From: an uncultured Verrucomicrobiae bacterium
GTDB taxonomy: Bacteria > Verrucomicrobiota > Verrucomicrobiia > Chthoniobacterales > UBA10450
Direction: 5' to 3'
NCBI GenBank assembly: GCA_963772365.1
Contig: CAVYXA010000001.1
Location: 1,632,001 to 1,696,000 of the forward strand
DNA: 64,000 nucleotides
Shown here: piece after piece, positions 1 through 11,037 of the stretch
Position numbering within the stretch: position 1 is the stretch's first letter
How the letters are laid out: the number at the start of each line of letters is the position of its first letter
Position numbers and translations under genes: made by a program
The notes under the pieces: model-generated
What the model was told of the DNA's origin: nothing
The model's database searches: none
What the model saw: the letters and a program-made list of their open reading frames with translations, nothing else

Positions 1-326
1 GCCGCAACGACGCGCCCCGGCTTGCCGATCTCGATCTTCGGGTTGCGCGCGTTTTGTAACAATGGTGGTAACCAACCGAGCTCGAGTTCCGCGCCGCCGT
101 CTATTAACACATCGGCATTGCGTAACGAAACTACGAAGCTGGGGCGAGCATCGACAAAGTGCGGATCCTCCGTCGGTTTCGCCAGCACTGTAACGGCGAC
201 CTTATCGCCGCCGATCTCGCGAGCGAGCGATCCGAAATCCGGCAGAGTCGCCACGACGTTTAGCTTGGCTTTGGCGGGAATGGCCGCAGCCAGAACCGCA
301 AACAGAATGAACAGGAGTTTTTTCAT
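1..326 (-). CDS. Metal ABC transporter substrate-binding protein (ZnuA/TroA-like), runs off the window edge
   Basis: Manual translation from ATG at 326: MKKLLFILFAVLAAAIPAKAKLNVVATLPDFGSLAREIGGDKVAVTVLAKPTEDPHFVDARPS...GGAELELGWLPPLL. Signal peptide plus the cluster A-I DPH motif. Absent from the ORF track because it is truncated. Confidence 0.85.
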   Translation of the reverse strand, partial: MKKLLFILFAVLAAAIPAKAKLNVVATLPDFGSLAREIGGDKVAVTVLAKPTEDPHFVDARPSFVVSLRNADVLIDGGAELELGWLPPLLQNARNPKIEIGKPGRVVA

Positions 327-329
327 AGA

Positions 330-1922
330 CTAAAATTTGTGAGCGCCATGCGCGCCGAGGATGAATTCGAACTGAAGGAACACAGAATCGACATCGTTAT
401 CCGCGAGGAAAAAATTTTCCGCCAGAAAATCATGATTGTATTGCAATCGGATTTTCGAAAACTCAGTCGGATACCAGGTGAGATTCGCGCTGATTCGAGA
501 GCGCGATTGTCGATCCGGATCGTCGGTGAACCTCGAATCTTCCATGTCTAGATAATCGCCGCGGATTCCCGCGACCCAGCCCTTCTTGAATCCCCAGAGC
601 AATTGCGAATACAGGCCCCAGTCATGGAACGTTTCCGCAACCGGAAATGTCCAGTCCATTCCGCGGCCGGCTTCAAACCGGCGATACATAGCTTCGGTCT
701 GCCATTTCAGGAACGGAAATCCGCCCTCGGCATGTGCGCTTTTCCACTTGTAAAGAAAGTCGCCGCCGTAGATCTGCGTTCGAGTGTCGGCTCCGGTGTC
801 GTTTGACCCGAATGCTCCGGAAGCGCCGATCAGAATGACCTGGGTTGGGCTCAGGTCGAAGGAATTTTCCAAGCGCGGCAGCCAGACAAAATCGTAGAGG
901 CCGCGAATTTCTCGATCGGTTGTCATTCGGCCAAAGAAGATTCGGTCGTCTCCGGGATTGCGAAACGAATAAGCGGTGCCGCCGCGTCCATTCTGAACAC
1001 CGAGGATCAGTTGGGAATACCACGGCACCGGAAGCAGCCATGAGATTTGCCCGCCCACGCCGCGTAATCCGTCCGGTCCGAGGAAGCGGCCGTTGACTAA
1101 CGGAGCATCGGCAAACTCCCAGACGTGCGGATGCGTCGGGTTCAAGCGGCCAAAGGCGGCAAAAAACTGGCCGCCTTTCAACTGAAGATTGAACGGAAGA
1201 TTTGTCGTCTGGAGAAACGCTTCCTCCACTTCGACTTCGGTTTCGTTGTCGTTGTCGAGCTTGAAAACAATATTGGCGAATCCTTCGAAATAAGGATCCA
1301 CCGCGCCATCGAAGGCCAACTCGATATTCCGGGCGTTGAAACCGCGCTGTTGCGGATCGTGATCGCCGACTTCGATGCGGTCGAGATGTTTATCGCTCGA
1401 ATAAGCGAGGGCGAACATTCCATCGAAGGAAATGTTCATGTAATTCTTGCCGCCGCCGATCGTAATCGGCCCGATCAAGCCAGACGAAGGGGTTGTCGAT
1501 CCTACCACTGACGTGTCGGTTGTCGGAAAGGCAGCGCCCACTGCATTACCGTTTTCATCCATTGTTGGACTGCTTTCAGGCGGAGGCGTCGAGGCTGATT
1601 CTACAACCGACGTGTCTTCGGTTGGAAATTGAGGCGCCGCCGTTGGACTGGGAGATGGCGACGGCCCTTCGGAAACTTCATTTTCCTCAGGAGCAACTCC
1701 TTTCGCCTTTTCGAACGCCGCTTGCTGATCTTTCACTTGCTGTTGTAACGCCTTCACTGTTTCGGTGAGGGCTTGGACCTGCTGCCGCAGGGCCGCGACG
1801 TCGGATGCCGACGCCGGCGTGGAATTCGAATCCGGAGACAGTGAGAGTTGCGGTGCGAGTTCCTGCCCAGACGCGACCGCGGCACATGAAACCGCAATTA
1901 TCATTACAAAAATCTTTTTCAT
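330..1922 (-). CDS. Outer-membrane beta-barrel protein of the type found beside Zn ABC transporters
   Basis: Signal peptide, coiled coil, Pro/Ser/Thr linker, then GDHDP..GF, FGRLNPTHPH and C-terminal LQFEFILGAHGAHKF. Stop lies 3 nt from the SBP start. Confidence 0.75.
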   Translation of the reverse strand: MKKIFVMIIAVSCAAVASGQELAPQLSLSPDSNSTPASASDVAALRQQVQALTETVKALQQQVKDQQAAFEKAKGVAPEENEVSEGPSPSPSPTAAPQFPTEDTSVVESASTPPPESSPTMDENGNAVGAAFPTTDTSVVGSTTPSSGLIGPITIGGGKNYMNISFDGMFALAYSSDKHLDRIEVGDHDPQQRGFNARNIELAFDGAVDPYFEGFANIVFKLDNDNETEVEVEEAFLQTTNLPFNLQLKGGQFFAAFGRLNPTHPHVWEFADAPLVNGRFLGPDGLRGVGGQISWLLPVPWYSQLILGVQNGRGGTAYSFRNPGDDRIFFGRMTTDREIRGLYDFVWLPRLENSFDLSPTQVILIGASGAFGSNDTGADTRTQIYGGDFLYKWKSAHAEGGFPFLKWQTEAMYRRFEAGRGMDWTFPVAETFHDWGLYSQLLWGFKKGWVAGIRGDYLDMEDSRFTDDPDRQSRSRISANLTWYPTEFSKIRLQYNHDFLAENFFLADNDVDSVFLQFEFILGAHGAHKF

Positions 1923-1977
1923 TAAGCACTCCTTCTCTGCAAACAGATATCGGTGGATTTATGGTCCACGCAAAATC

Positions 1978-4168
1978 TCAGAAAGTCGTGCGCACTCCGA
2001 CCACCACACCGCGACCGGGTAAGGGAAGCACTTCTTTCAAAAACGAAAGATGATCGCGCGCTTCTTCGTCTGTCAGATTTGTGCCGCGGACGTAAACGTA
2101 GTTGTAAGTTTTTCCCCATTGGAATTTGTAGCCGAGGCTGACATTCAAAAACGTGTATCCCGGTGTCGATGTTTCGAACTCGGCCGTGCGATTCTGTCGG
2201 CCCACCCGTTGGCCCTCGATGCTTGCCGTCCAATGCTCGGTTTCATAATTGAGTGATGCGCTGTAACGCAAAGGCGTGATTCGCGGCAATGGCTCGCCGG
2301 AATCGGTATCTTCGGCTCGGACATAATCACCCTGCAGTCGCAAATAGAGGTCGTTCGGATTTTTCTCTGTCGTGGTTTCGCCTCCGGTGATCACGTTCTT
2401 GACTGATTTTGAGTCTTCGACCGGGCTTGTTCTCGTTAACGTTAACGGCAAAAAATGAATATCGGCTCGCGCTTCACCGCCGAAAAACTCGGCGCCTTTC
2501 GGTGTATAAACAAAAACCCGCAAACCGTCTTCAAAATCTGCCGTCGGAGCGAAATCGATAAAGCCATCATAGTTTGTGTAGAAACCGCTGATGAAGCCGG
2601 TCACGACTCCGGCAGTTTTACGCAGGCTAAGATCGAACGTGCGGCTAATTTCGACATCGAGATTGGGGTCGCCCACAATGAACTGAAAGGTCGCGTCGTG
2701 AGGACCGCGGGCGAAAAGCTCTTCCGCTGTCGGAGCGCGTTCCGACCAGGCGAGGTTGAGTGCCAACTGCCAGTTTTCGGCAAAATCGTAAATCGCGCCA
2801 GCCGCGCCGCTGATTGGCAGAAAATCCTGGTTCTTCTGGCTCGGAGAAGTCAGCGAAGTGAGATTGGGATCCGTCGAATCGATGTCGACTGAGTCGTGTT
2901 CGACTCGCACTCCAAATTGCAGACGAAGCGGGGCTAATTTCACTTCTTCAAAAACAAAGCCGGCGATGGCCAGCGTTTGGCTCGGTTGCAAGAAAGCTTC
3001 TTCACCGAGGATCGACAATTCCTTGTAAAAGATTTGCGAGCCAATTGATCCTTCGAATAGATCCGAAGGTGTTTGCACGAGCTCAATACGAGAATCGACT
3101 CCTTTTGTTTTGAATGTCGCGCCCACTGTGCTGTCGTCGATCTCGTCATGTTTGTAATCGGTGTAGACGAATTTCAAGTTTCCCACCGAGAACCAGGGCA
3201 GAGGATCGACAACTGAGCTGCGCAAATTGTACTGGTCCTTGCGCACGTTTAGATGGACGCGCTCCGGCGGCATTGTCGGGTCATCCACTTCCGGATCATC
3301 CGGCACGCCGGTACTCGGATAGAAAGCGCGAATACGAAGCTCCAATGTAACCTTTGTCCCACACATAGGAACCGCCGAAACCGAAATCTTTTGTTTCGAC
3401 GAATGTATTCGGGACTTCGTCGAACGGATTGCCGCCGAAGCCGTCGTTGCGCCGTTGCGCAGGCGTGAGTAGCGCGCGTATCCGTTCGTCCAATGCAAAG
3501 CCTGGAATTGTGCGATTGTCGGTGCGCACCCACGAACCCTCGCCGTGAAAGACCCAATGTTGGAACGGCGAGATTGTAAGCGCCATTGCGCCGCTGCGTT
3601 CGAGATCGGCGCTGTCGAATCGAGAGTCGGCTTCGCCGCTGACCGACTCAACTGGTTGCTCAACCGGAATGAGGTTATCGGTTACGTTAACGACTCCACC
3701 GATCGCACCGGAGCCGTAAAGAATCGTGGCTGGTCCGCGCACGACTTCGATGCTCTGACTCAGCAACGTGCTCACGCTAGGCGCGTGATCGGGACTGAGA
3801 TTCGAAACATCGAAGACTTCGGTCCCGTTGTTGAGGACACGAATGCGATTGTCTGATTGGCCGCGAATGATGGGCCGGCTCGCACCCGGAGTAAACCCGC
3901 TGGCGGCAATACCCGGCTCTTCGGCCAATGTGTCGCCCAAGGTGGGCCTTGCCGCCATTTTCAAATTATTTTCGTTCAGAATGACAACGGACTGCGCCGT
4001 GTCAGTCTCGCTGCTCTCAATCGCACCGCCGGAAACAACCACACGTTCAGCCGTCGCGGTCTGATTCATATTTGCGGGAGCCGGGCTGGGCGTCGGAGAT
4101 GGCTCCTCGGCGCCGGCCAAGATTGCTGCGAAAAGCAGGAGAATTGCTATGATCCAAAATTTTTTCAT
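1978..4168 (-). CDS. TonB-dependent receptor, ZnuD-like (one apparent frameshift near 3310)
   Basis: ORF 3296..4183 gives the signal peptide and plug (TLGDTL..EPG, SRPIIRG, IEVVRGPATILYGSGAIGGVVN). ORF 1978..3663 gives the barrel ending in ARDHLSFLKEVLPLPGRGVVVGVRTTF. Confidence 0.85.
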
Positions 4169-4255
4169 CGAGATTTTTTTCAAAATTCATTTCAAAGAGT
4201 TGCTATACTGATGGCTTCGCGATCTGCGACCAGATCGACGAAAACGACGCAATGA

Positions 4256-4326
4256 ATTGTGGGGCGTTTCCACGAAACGCCTGTCGTTTGACTAGCGTCC
4301 ACCGAAAGTGGTGGATGCCCCACAAT
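4256..4326. repeat. REPIN-like inverted pair (GTGG variant)
   Basis: Termini ATTGTGGGGC...GCCCCACAAT, each arm with an internal hairpin (GGCGTTTC-CAC-GAAACGCC; GCGTCCACC-GAAAGT-GGTGGATGC). Confidence 0.65.
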
Positions 4327-4328
4327 AG

Positions 4329-4652
4329 TTAAGCGAACGCAGGTGGCGCGTGCTCGAGTATGCTCGCGCTGAGAAATGGCGATTGGACCCAGAGCGGATT
4401 CAGCTCGGGGACAAGGGAGCATTCGGTGACGGGTCGCGATGAGTTAACGACTGGCGGATGAACCGAGTGCTCGCAACTGCCCGATCGAATCATCGTGACC
4501 GCGCAAGTGTGCTCGACGCGATTGGCATCGGAATGGATGCGCTCGTGTAATTGCGGAGAAACACTCAAGACGAGTGCCCAGAAAAATGCCGCTGAAATCA
4601 GCGCCGCGACCCAGCTGTTACTTGGGATCGGCAGACACGGGCTACTCTTCAT
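4329..4652 (-). CDS. DUF2946-like leader protein (N-terminal TM, His/Cys motifs, C-terminal HAPP)
   Basis: MKSSPC...WVAALISAAFFWALVLSVSPQLHERIH...EHTCAVT...CEHSVH...SILEHAPPAFA*. Lies directly upstream of and co-oriented with the TBDR. Confidence 0.65.
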   Translation of the reverse strand: MKSSPCLPIPSNSWVAALISAAFFWALVLSVSPQLHERIHSDANRVEHTCAVTMIRSGSCEHSVHPPVVNSSRPVTECSLVPELNPLWVQSPFLSASILEHAPPAFA

Positions 4653-4735
4653 AGCGAAGCGATTTTGGCGCCGCAAACAAAGTAGGTCAAGCGGATTGTG
4701 GTCGCGACCTTGCTGCGGCTGTCGCACTGCCAGAC

Positions 4736-5724
4736 TCACGACTTCGCTCGAAATGACACTGATGAATTTGTTTTCAGATGCTCTGCACAAGGCGACGAAT
4801 GAGATTTTCCAGCGTCACGATTCCGGCTAGATTGCCCGATGGATTGACCACTCCGGCCAAACCGAGATCGCGCGGCGCGCAACCGTTGCACGATCCGATA
4901 GGCCGGTTCTTCTTCGCTTGTCGTGATGATGCGCCGCATTTGCTGGTTCAATGGCCGAGGCCCATTCGCATCCAACAGAAGATCGAGACGCATTCACCAA
5001 CCCAAGCGCTTTCCTCAGGCGTGACGACTGGCAGCCGATCGATTCCCGAAGCGCGGGTCAGTTTGAGAACATCTCCTGCCGACATGTCCGGCTCGGACGA
5101 CTGACGATGATCTTCAATGGAACCATCACGTCGCTGCGCTTTGACCATTCGAAAATCGACAACGTTATAGATCATGGCACGCTCCGGCGAAGTAAGCGAG
5201 CCCTCGCGCTCACTTTGGGCGGCCATGAGCTTGAGCTCTTCGCGAGCAGCAAAAAGCCGGGCGCGGCCTTCGTTTCGGCTGGGAATGAATGTCGCGCCGA
5301 TCAGGGATCCGAACTCCAAAGCCGGCGATAGGATTATGAAAACAAATTCGAGCAGACCGGCCAGGGGCACGAGCGCGCGAAAGGGAAGTCGACGAAAGAG
5401 CGATTTCGGAAACACAGCCAGCAAAAACAGATAGACCGGAAGCGCGATCAAGAGGGCGAAAAGAAATCCGGCGAGCCGAAGGCAGGACAAGCCTGCGCGT
5501 AAGCAAAAGCAGACCAAGGATGTCGGCCAGGTTCGTGATCAGCAGGACGGTGACAAATAAGCGCTCCGGCTTTTGGAGTAACTCGGCTCAAGCTCGGACT
5601 GCCGCGCGCAGTTTCGTTTCGCCTGATACCGTAGCCGGACCGGATTGACCGATAACAAGCCGGCTTCAATTCCGGCAAAAAGGAAGGAAATAATCCAGCA
5701 GAGAAGAATGGTGGCGATATCCAT
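4736..5724 (-). CDS. CNNM (DUF21)/CBS-domain hemolysin-family membrane protein (several apparent frameshifts)
   Basis: SFLFAGIEAGLLSVNPVRLR at the N-terminus, VFPKSLFR, REELKLM..SEREGSLT..ERAMIYNVVDF, then CBS remnants. Spread over ORFs 5539..5724, 4948..5517 and 4736..4993. Confidence 0.7.
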
Positions 5725-5778
5725 TACAAGGCCGAAGCAACAAGAGGTTACGAAGCATCTTCGCCGGCTCGGTCAGTT

Positions 5779-7047
5779 TTATTCGCTTGTTTCATCGACA
5801 TCCAGAGCCGCCGTTTTTTCCAAGAGCAGTTCCCGGATCCGTTTGCGGCCGGTTCGACTGACAGTGACGGAAACCTCGGGAGATCGAGATGCGTGCCGGC
5901 GGTCGGGAGATAAGCCAAGCCGATTGAACACTAATCCGCCGATGGTGTCGATTCCTTCCGCGTCCACCTCGAATCCAAGCCGCTCACTCAAGTCGTCCGA
6001 GCGCGCGTTTGCCGCTGACGAGAAATTTTCCATCTTCCAGCGGTTCGATGTAAAGATCGGCGCCCCCAAGGGAGCGGCATCACTCAGAATATCTTCGACG
6101 ATATCAGCCATCGTAATGATGCCTTCCGTGCCGCCGAATTCATCCACCACGATGGCGATTCCCTGGGGATGGGTCAGAAAACAGTTTGAGCAAATCGATC
6201 GCCCGCATCGTCTCAGGGACAAACGAAGGCGCAATCATCGTCTCGGTGTAATGTTCAGCCGGGTCGAACAGGAACACCTTCACTTCCACGATCCCACGAT
6301 TTGATCGGGCGTGTCCGCATAAACTGGCACTCGGCGGTGCCGTTTTCCTTTAGGCGCGCGATTGCTTCTTCGTTCGATCAGAGTCATCCGGCAAGGCAAA
6401 CATATCCACGCGGGGCGTCATGCAATCTTTGGCGGTTTTGTCGCCAAGCTTGATGATCTCCTGGATCATTTCGCCTTCCGATTCCTGGAGCGTTCCTTCC
6501 TCTTCCCCGATTTCCACCAGCGTCTCCAGTTCTTCGTCACTCAGGCGTGGTCTTTTTGAGTCGAGTCGGGCGTGACAAGATCGACAACGCGGTGCTGAAT
6601 TTTTCCAGCGACCTGCCCAAATCGATCGAGCACTGGCATCGAGGATTTAGGGTAAAGCCCCAATGGTGGATATCCGATAAGATGCGGAAAGGCGCAGCAC
6701 TTTCGGGATCAGATCGCAAAGATTACAACGACGGTGAAGATCACGACCGTAGCCAGCCATTGCGGCACGCGCCCGGCCAATGGGCCTTCCCAGAGCAAAA
6801 CCAAACAGAGCAAGACGAGCGGGACGTTGACAAGACTGTCCCCGAGAAGAATGACATTGAGAACGCGGCGTGGATGTTCCCGCAGCATGTGGGTAAACCT
6901 GGCGAGCGACGGATGTTGCGCTTCCAAGCGGCGCAACTGATGTGGCTTGAGCGAAAAGAGGGCGGTCTCCAGCCCCGAAAGAGAGCGCGAACAGAAAATC
7001 AGCGCCGCAATGGCTGCGACGAGGATGATTACTCCGGCTGCCGTCAT
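5779..7047 (-). CDS. CNNM/CBS/CorC-domain hemolysin-family protein (several apparent frameshifts)
   Basis: SGLETALFSLK..LRRL, VLNVILLGDSLVN, AIVVDEFGGTEGIITMADIVEDI, DTIGGLVFNRLG. Confidence 0.75.
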
Positions 7048-7049
7048 TT

Positions 7050-7143
7050 TAGGAGTGCGGTGACCAGCGGCCGCTGGACGTTTCGAAAGCTCGCCACGGG
7101 ACGAGTTCGCCCGATTGGCGGACGCGGACACCGCGCACTCCAA
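7050..7143. repeat. REPIN-like inverted pair (GGAGTGC...GCACTCC)
   Basis: TAGGAGTGCGG at 7050 and GCGCACTCCAA ending at 7143, between divergent genes. Confidence 0.5.
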
Positions 7144-7211
7144 AATCTTTTCTCCGAAAAGCGAAGGATGCGATTTGCCCATGATTCGAGCCGCTACAAA
7201 TTATGCGTGCG

Positions 7212-7683
7212 ATGAACAAAGGCGAGAGGATTTCGCGTTTAGTGCGCGAACTCGGTCGCAGGATCCGAATTCAGCGAAGGTCGACCTCATCAATCACCCA
7301 AATTATCGCGCCTATTTCACGTGCTGGAATCAGCAGCGGTACTACGAAGCGCACGACGTTCTGGAGCAGCTTTGGTTGAACAAGAATTCGCCCGACGACG
7401 ATTTTTTTAAGGGACTGATCCAGGCCGCCGGCGCATTTCGTTCATTTGCAAAAAAATTTTGAAGACCCGTCCCACGCGAAGCACAGCAAACGATTATCCC
7501 CGGCGGTTCGATTGTTCCGGCTCGCGGAAAAAAATTTGTCGAATTTCGGCCCGCAACATCATGGATTGGATGTCGCTGCGCTTTGCCATCTCTTACGGAC
7601 TTTCGCGGATGAAATCGTCGCTTCTGATTACACGAAATCCCTGGTCGCCGGAAGGGGCGCAACTTGCGTTGACGGCTAGGTAG
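7212..7683 (+). CDS. DUF309 domain protein (apparent frameshifts)
   Basis: YFTCWNQQRYYEAHDVLEQLW...FFKGLIQAAGAF is the DUF309 signature. It continues in ORFs 7446..7679 and 7459..7683. Confidence 0.75.
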
Positions 7684-7754
7684 AGGCGATTGACCTCAAT
7701 CGCCCGGGCAGGTTTGATGAGACGGGTCGGGCGGTTCAGGTGAACCGCCCCTAC
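7679..7754. repeat. GTAG-family REPIN
   Basis: GGTAGAGGCGATTGACCTCAATCGCC (7679-7704) and the inverted arm GGGCGGTTCAGGTGAACCGCCCCTAC (7729-7754). Confidence 0.8.
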
Positions 7755-8489
7755 TGGTAAAAATTAATTTGGCCCCAGCGATCGTCAGCACGATCGCCAG
7801 CAGATCGCGATCGTTCGACTGGGAAAATGCCGACTACCCAGACGCGACCCGATCGTGCCGCCAACAATTGCCGCCGCGGCCAGAACAAGCCTAGCGAAGG
7901 AATGGAATGTTTTTCGTGAAATAACCCGCCAGACCACCAATCGAATTGACCAAAATGAACAGGGCTGAAACCGCGGCCGCTTGTTTGATGCGAGCCCAAC
8001 GACAGAACAACAGCAGCGGCGTCAGAAATATTCCGCCGCCGGTGCCTGTCAAGCCCGGAAAGAAATCCAAGACCTGCGCCGAGGCTCACTGTTTTGACGG
8101 GTCAGGAATGGTAATCGATGGCGGATCGCTGCGGCGAAAAAACAACCGAGCCGCGGAAAAAAGCAGGACCAACCGATCAAGATTCGCAGGATGGAGGCAG
8201 ACGGTTGGAGATAGCCACCCAAATACGCCGCCGGAATCGAGAGCAGGGCAAATGGCCAAAACAGTCTCCAGCAAAAATGACCCGCCCTCCAAAATTGGAA
8301 CGTGCCGATTGTGGCCACCAGAATGTTCAACACCAACGCCGTCGGCCGAATGACGACTGGAGCAAGTCCAAACAGCGTCATCGTTGCGATATAACCTGAT
8401 GCTCCGGCGTGCCCAACGGATGAATAGAGAAAGGCCACAACTCCGACAGCGAGAAAGACAGGATAGAAGTGAGTTGTCCGTCGGTCCAT
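7696..8489 (-). CDS. Sulfite exporter TauE/SafE family membrane protein (apparent frameshifts)
   Basis: VAFLYSSVGHAGASGYIA..., GAGLGFLSGL, TGTGGGIFLTPLLL, final helix LAIVLTIAGAKLIFT. In that frame the stop is at 7696. Confidence 0.75.
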
Positions 8490-8653
8490 TGGCGATCCGA
8501 ATACGCTAGTCCGTTCGGACCGAAGCAAAAGTTGTTGTCGAAGAATCCGGCAAGCTCACGCTGAATGGGCTCGCGGTCAAGAGATCGCGCGACTGCGCCG
8601 CATGGTTTTGCCAATGGTTCCACCTGTGAGCGCTTTCAATCTATCGCATTAAG

Positions 8654-10927
8654 TTGCGGAGATCAAGCCCGCAAGCCGAGCACACAAATAGACTAGCCAA
8701 GGAGAAGTCGCCTTATCTCCTCCAGCACGCACATAATCCAGTCGATTGGTATCCGTGGGGCGAGGAAGCGTTTGAAAAAGCGCGCAAGGAAAACAAGCCG
8801 ATCTTTCTCTCTATCGGTTATTCGACCTGTCATTGGTGCCACGTCATGGCCCACGAATCTTTTGAGGATGAAGCGACGGCCGCGATCATGAATCGCGAGT
8901 TTGTGAACATCAAAGTCGATCGGGAGGAGCGGCCCGATGTCGATCGTGTTTACATGACATTTGTTCAGGCCACTACGGGCGGCGGCGGTTGGCCAATGAG
9001 TGTTTGGTTAACGCCTGATCTCAAACCTTTCGTAGGCGGAACATATTTTCCGCCCGAAGATCGACATGGCCAGCCGGGTTTCAAAAAAGTTCTGGGGCGA
9101 ATCGCATCCGCGTGGAAACAAGACCACAAAAAAATCGCTGAGCAGAGAGCACGAAGATTGTCTGAAGCGCTGCGCGAATCGCAGACCTCACAAGCAGCAG
9201 CTTCGGGCGAGATCGACAACGACGTTTTCCAAAAGGCCTACGAGCAATTCGACCATAGTTATGATCCCAACGAAGGCGGATTCGGCAATGCGCCGAAATT
9301 TCCGCGCCCGGTCGCGATGAATTTTCTGGCCCGATTTTCTGCTCGCGATGCCGAAGAGCGAATCCGGCAAGCACGCGTTGGAAATGGCGTTGTTCACATT
9401 GCGAAAAATGGCCGCGGGCGGAATGCACGATCATATCGGAGGCGGATTCCATCGATATTCGGTCGATCGCTACTGGCACGTCCCGCATTTCGAAAAAATG
9501 CTTTACGATCAAGCGCAACTAGCCGCCGCTTATCTCGATGCGTTTCAGACTTAAACGACCCTCACCTTCATCCTCTCCCCGGCCAGGGAGAGGCGGACGC
9601 GAAAGCGCCGGTGAGGGTCGAGTTCGAAGCGGCCGCCCGCGATATTCTCGATTACGTCCGCTCGAGACATGAGTGTCAAAAGATGGCGGATTTTTTTCCG
9701 CCGAAGATGCCGATAGTCCCATTCCTGTAGGGGCGGTCTGTGACTATCGCAATTCGGACGAAAAAGACGGCGACGCTCCAGAGCGCCGCTACAAGCTAAA
9801 ACAAAAGAAGGCGCCTTTTACATTTGGACTGAAAAGGAAATTGACACTGCGCTCGGACCGGATGCCGAGATCTTCAAATATCACTATGAGGTGCAACCTA
9901 TGGAAATGCGCCGGAAGGCAGCGATCCTCAGGATGAGTTTCGCGGCAAGAACATTTTGATCCAGCGCCACAGCATCGCCGAAACAGCCAAGCAGTTCAAG
10001 AAAAGCGAGGACGGCGATTCGAAGATTACTTGCGCGCAGCCGAAAAGACTTATTGTCGATCCGGAATGGGCGTCCGCGTCCGCATCTGGATGACAAGATC
10101 ATTGCAGCATGGAACGGGCTAATGATTTCCAGCTTACGCCCGGCCGGCCAGGTTTTGAGGACCGGAATTACGTCCAAAGAGCGATCACGGCCGCCAATTT
10201 CATACGAACAAATCTTTATGACGAAAAAACCAAATTGCTCTTTCGGAATTACCGAGACGGGCGCAGCGAAATCGAAGGTTTCGCCGATGATTACGCATTC
10301 CTGATCCAGGGTCTGCTCGATCTGTACGAAGCATCGTTCGATATCGAATGGCTAAAATTCGCAGTCGAGCTGCAGGAGATACAGGACTGCCTGTTCTTCG
10401 ACGAGAAGAATGGCGGTTATTTCAGCACCAGTGGAAAAGACAAAAACGTCGTGATGCGGATGAAGGATGATAACGACAGCGCGGAACCGGCGGCTAGCTC
10501 TATCGCAGCCCTCAATCTTTTGCGCCTCGCCCAATTTTTAAACGATGAAGAATTCGCCGAGCGCGGCAGAAGAACAATCGATGCATTTGCCACGACCTTA
10601 TCTCATTTCGCCAGCGCTATGCCGCAGATGCTGGTGGCGTGCGATTTCAGTTTCAGTAAACCGCGTCAGATCGTGATCGCGGGCAAGGTTGACGATCTTA
10701 ATACGAAAGCATTGCTCAACGAGGTGCATCGATATTTCCTGCCGAGGACGGTTCTCATGCTGGCCGACGGCGCGGACGGGCAAAAATATCTAGGTGAAAA
10801 GAACGAGGCGATCCGCGCGATCTCAATGGTGGATGGCAAACCAGCCGCGTACGTCTGCGAAAATTTTATCTGCAAAGCGCCGGTGACGGATGCAAGCGAG
10901 CTGCGCTCGTTGCTTTCGACCGCCTAG
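8654..10927 (+). CDS. yyaL: Thioredoxin-domain YyaL/SSP411 family protein (several apparent frameshifts, two palindromic inserts)
   Basis: [105 protein letters not shown]. Confidence 0.9.
9557..9619. repeat. Intragenic palindromic element (CCCTCACC/CCTCTCCC...GGGAGAGG/GGTGAGGG type), 63 nt
   Basis: Outer stem GACCCTCACC/GGTGAGGGTC and inner stem CCTCTCCC/GGGAGAGG, inside yyaL. Confidence 0.75.
9726..9793. repeat. Intragenic GTAG REPIN in yyaL
   Basis: TGTAGGGGCGGTCTGTGAC...GAGCGCCGCTACA. Arms match the intergenic copy at 61708-61776. Confidence 0.8.
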
Positions 10928-11037
10928 TTGCGATCGCGGCCAAAGCGAGGAAGCCTGCCCCATCTGACAATCGGCCAATATTCCTTCCAGACGGTCACAC
11001 TCCTAAAAAGATCGACAAACGAGGGTACTTGGCTGTA

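Noticed and set aside
4169..4255. Zur/Fur box upstream of the TBDR
   Set aside because: At most a half-site-like GTATAGCAAC, with no convincing palindrome.
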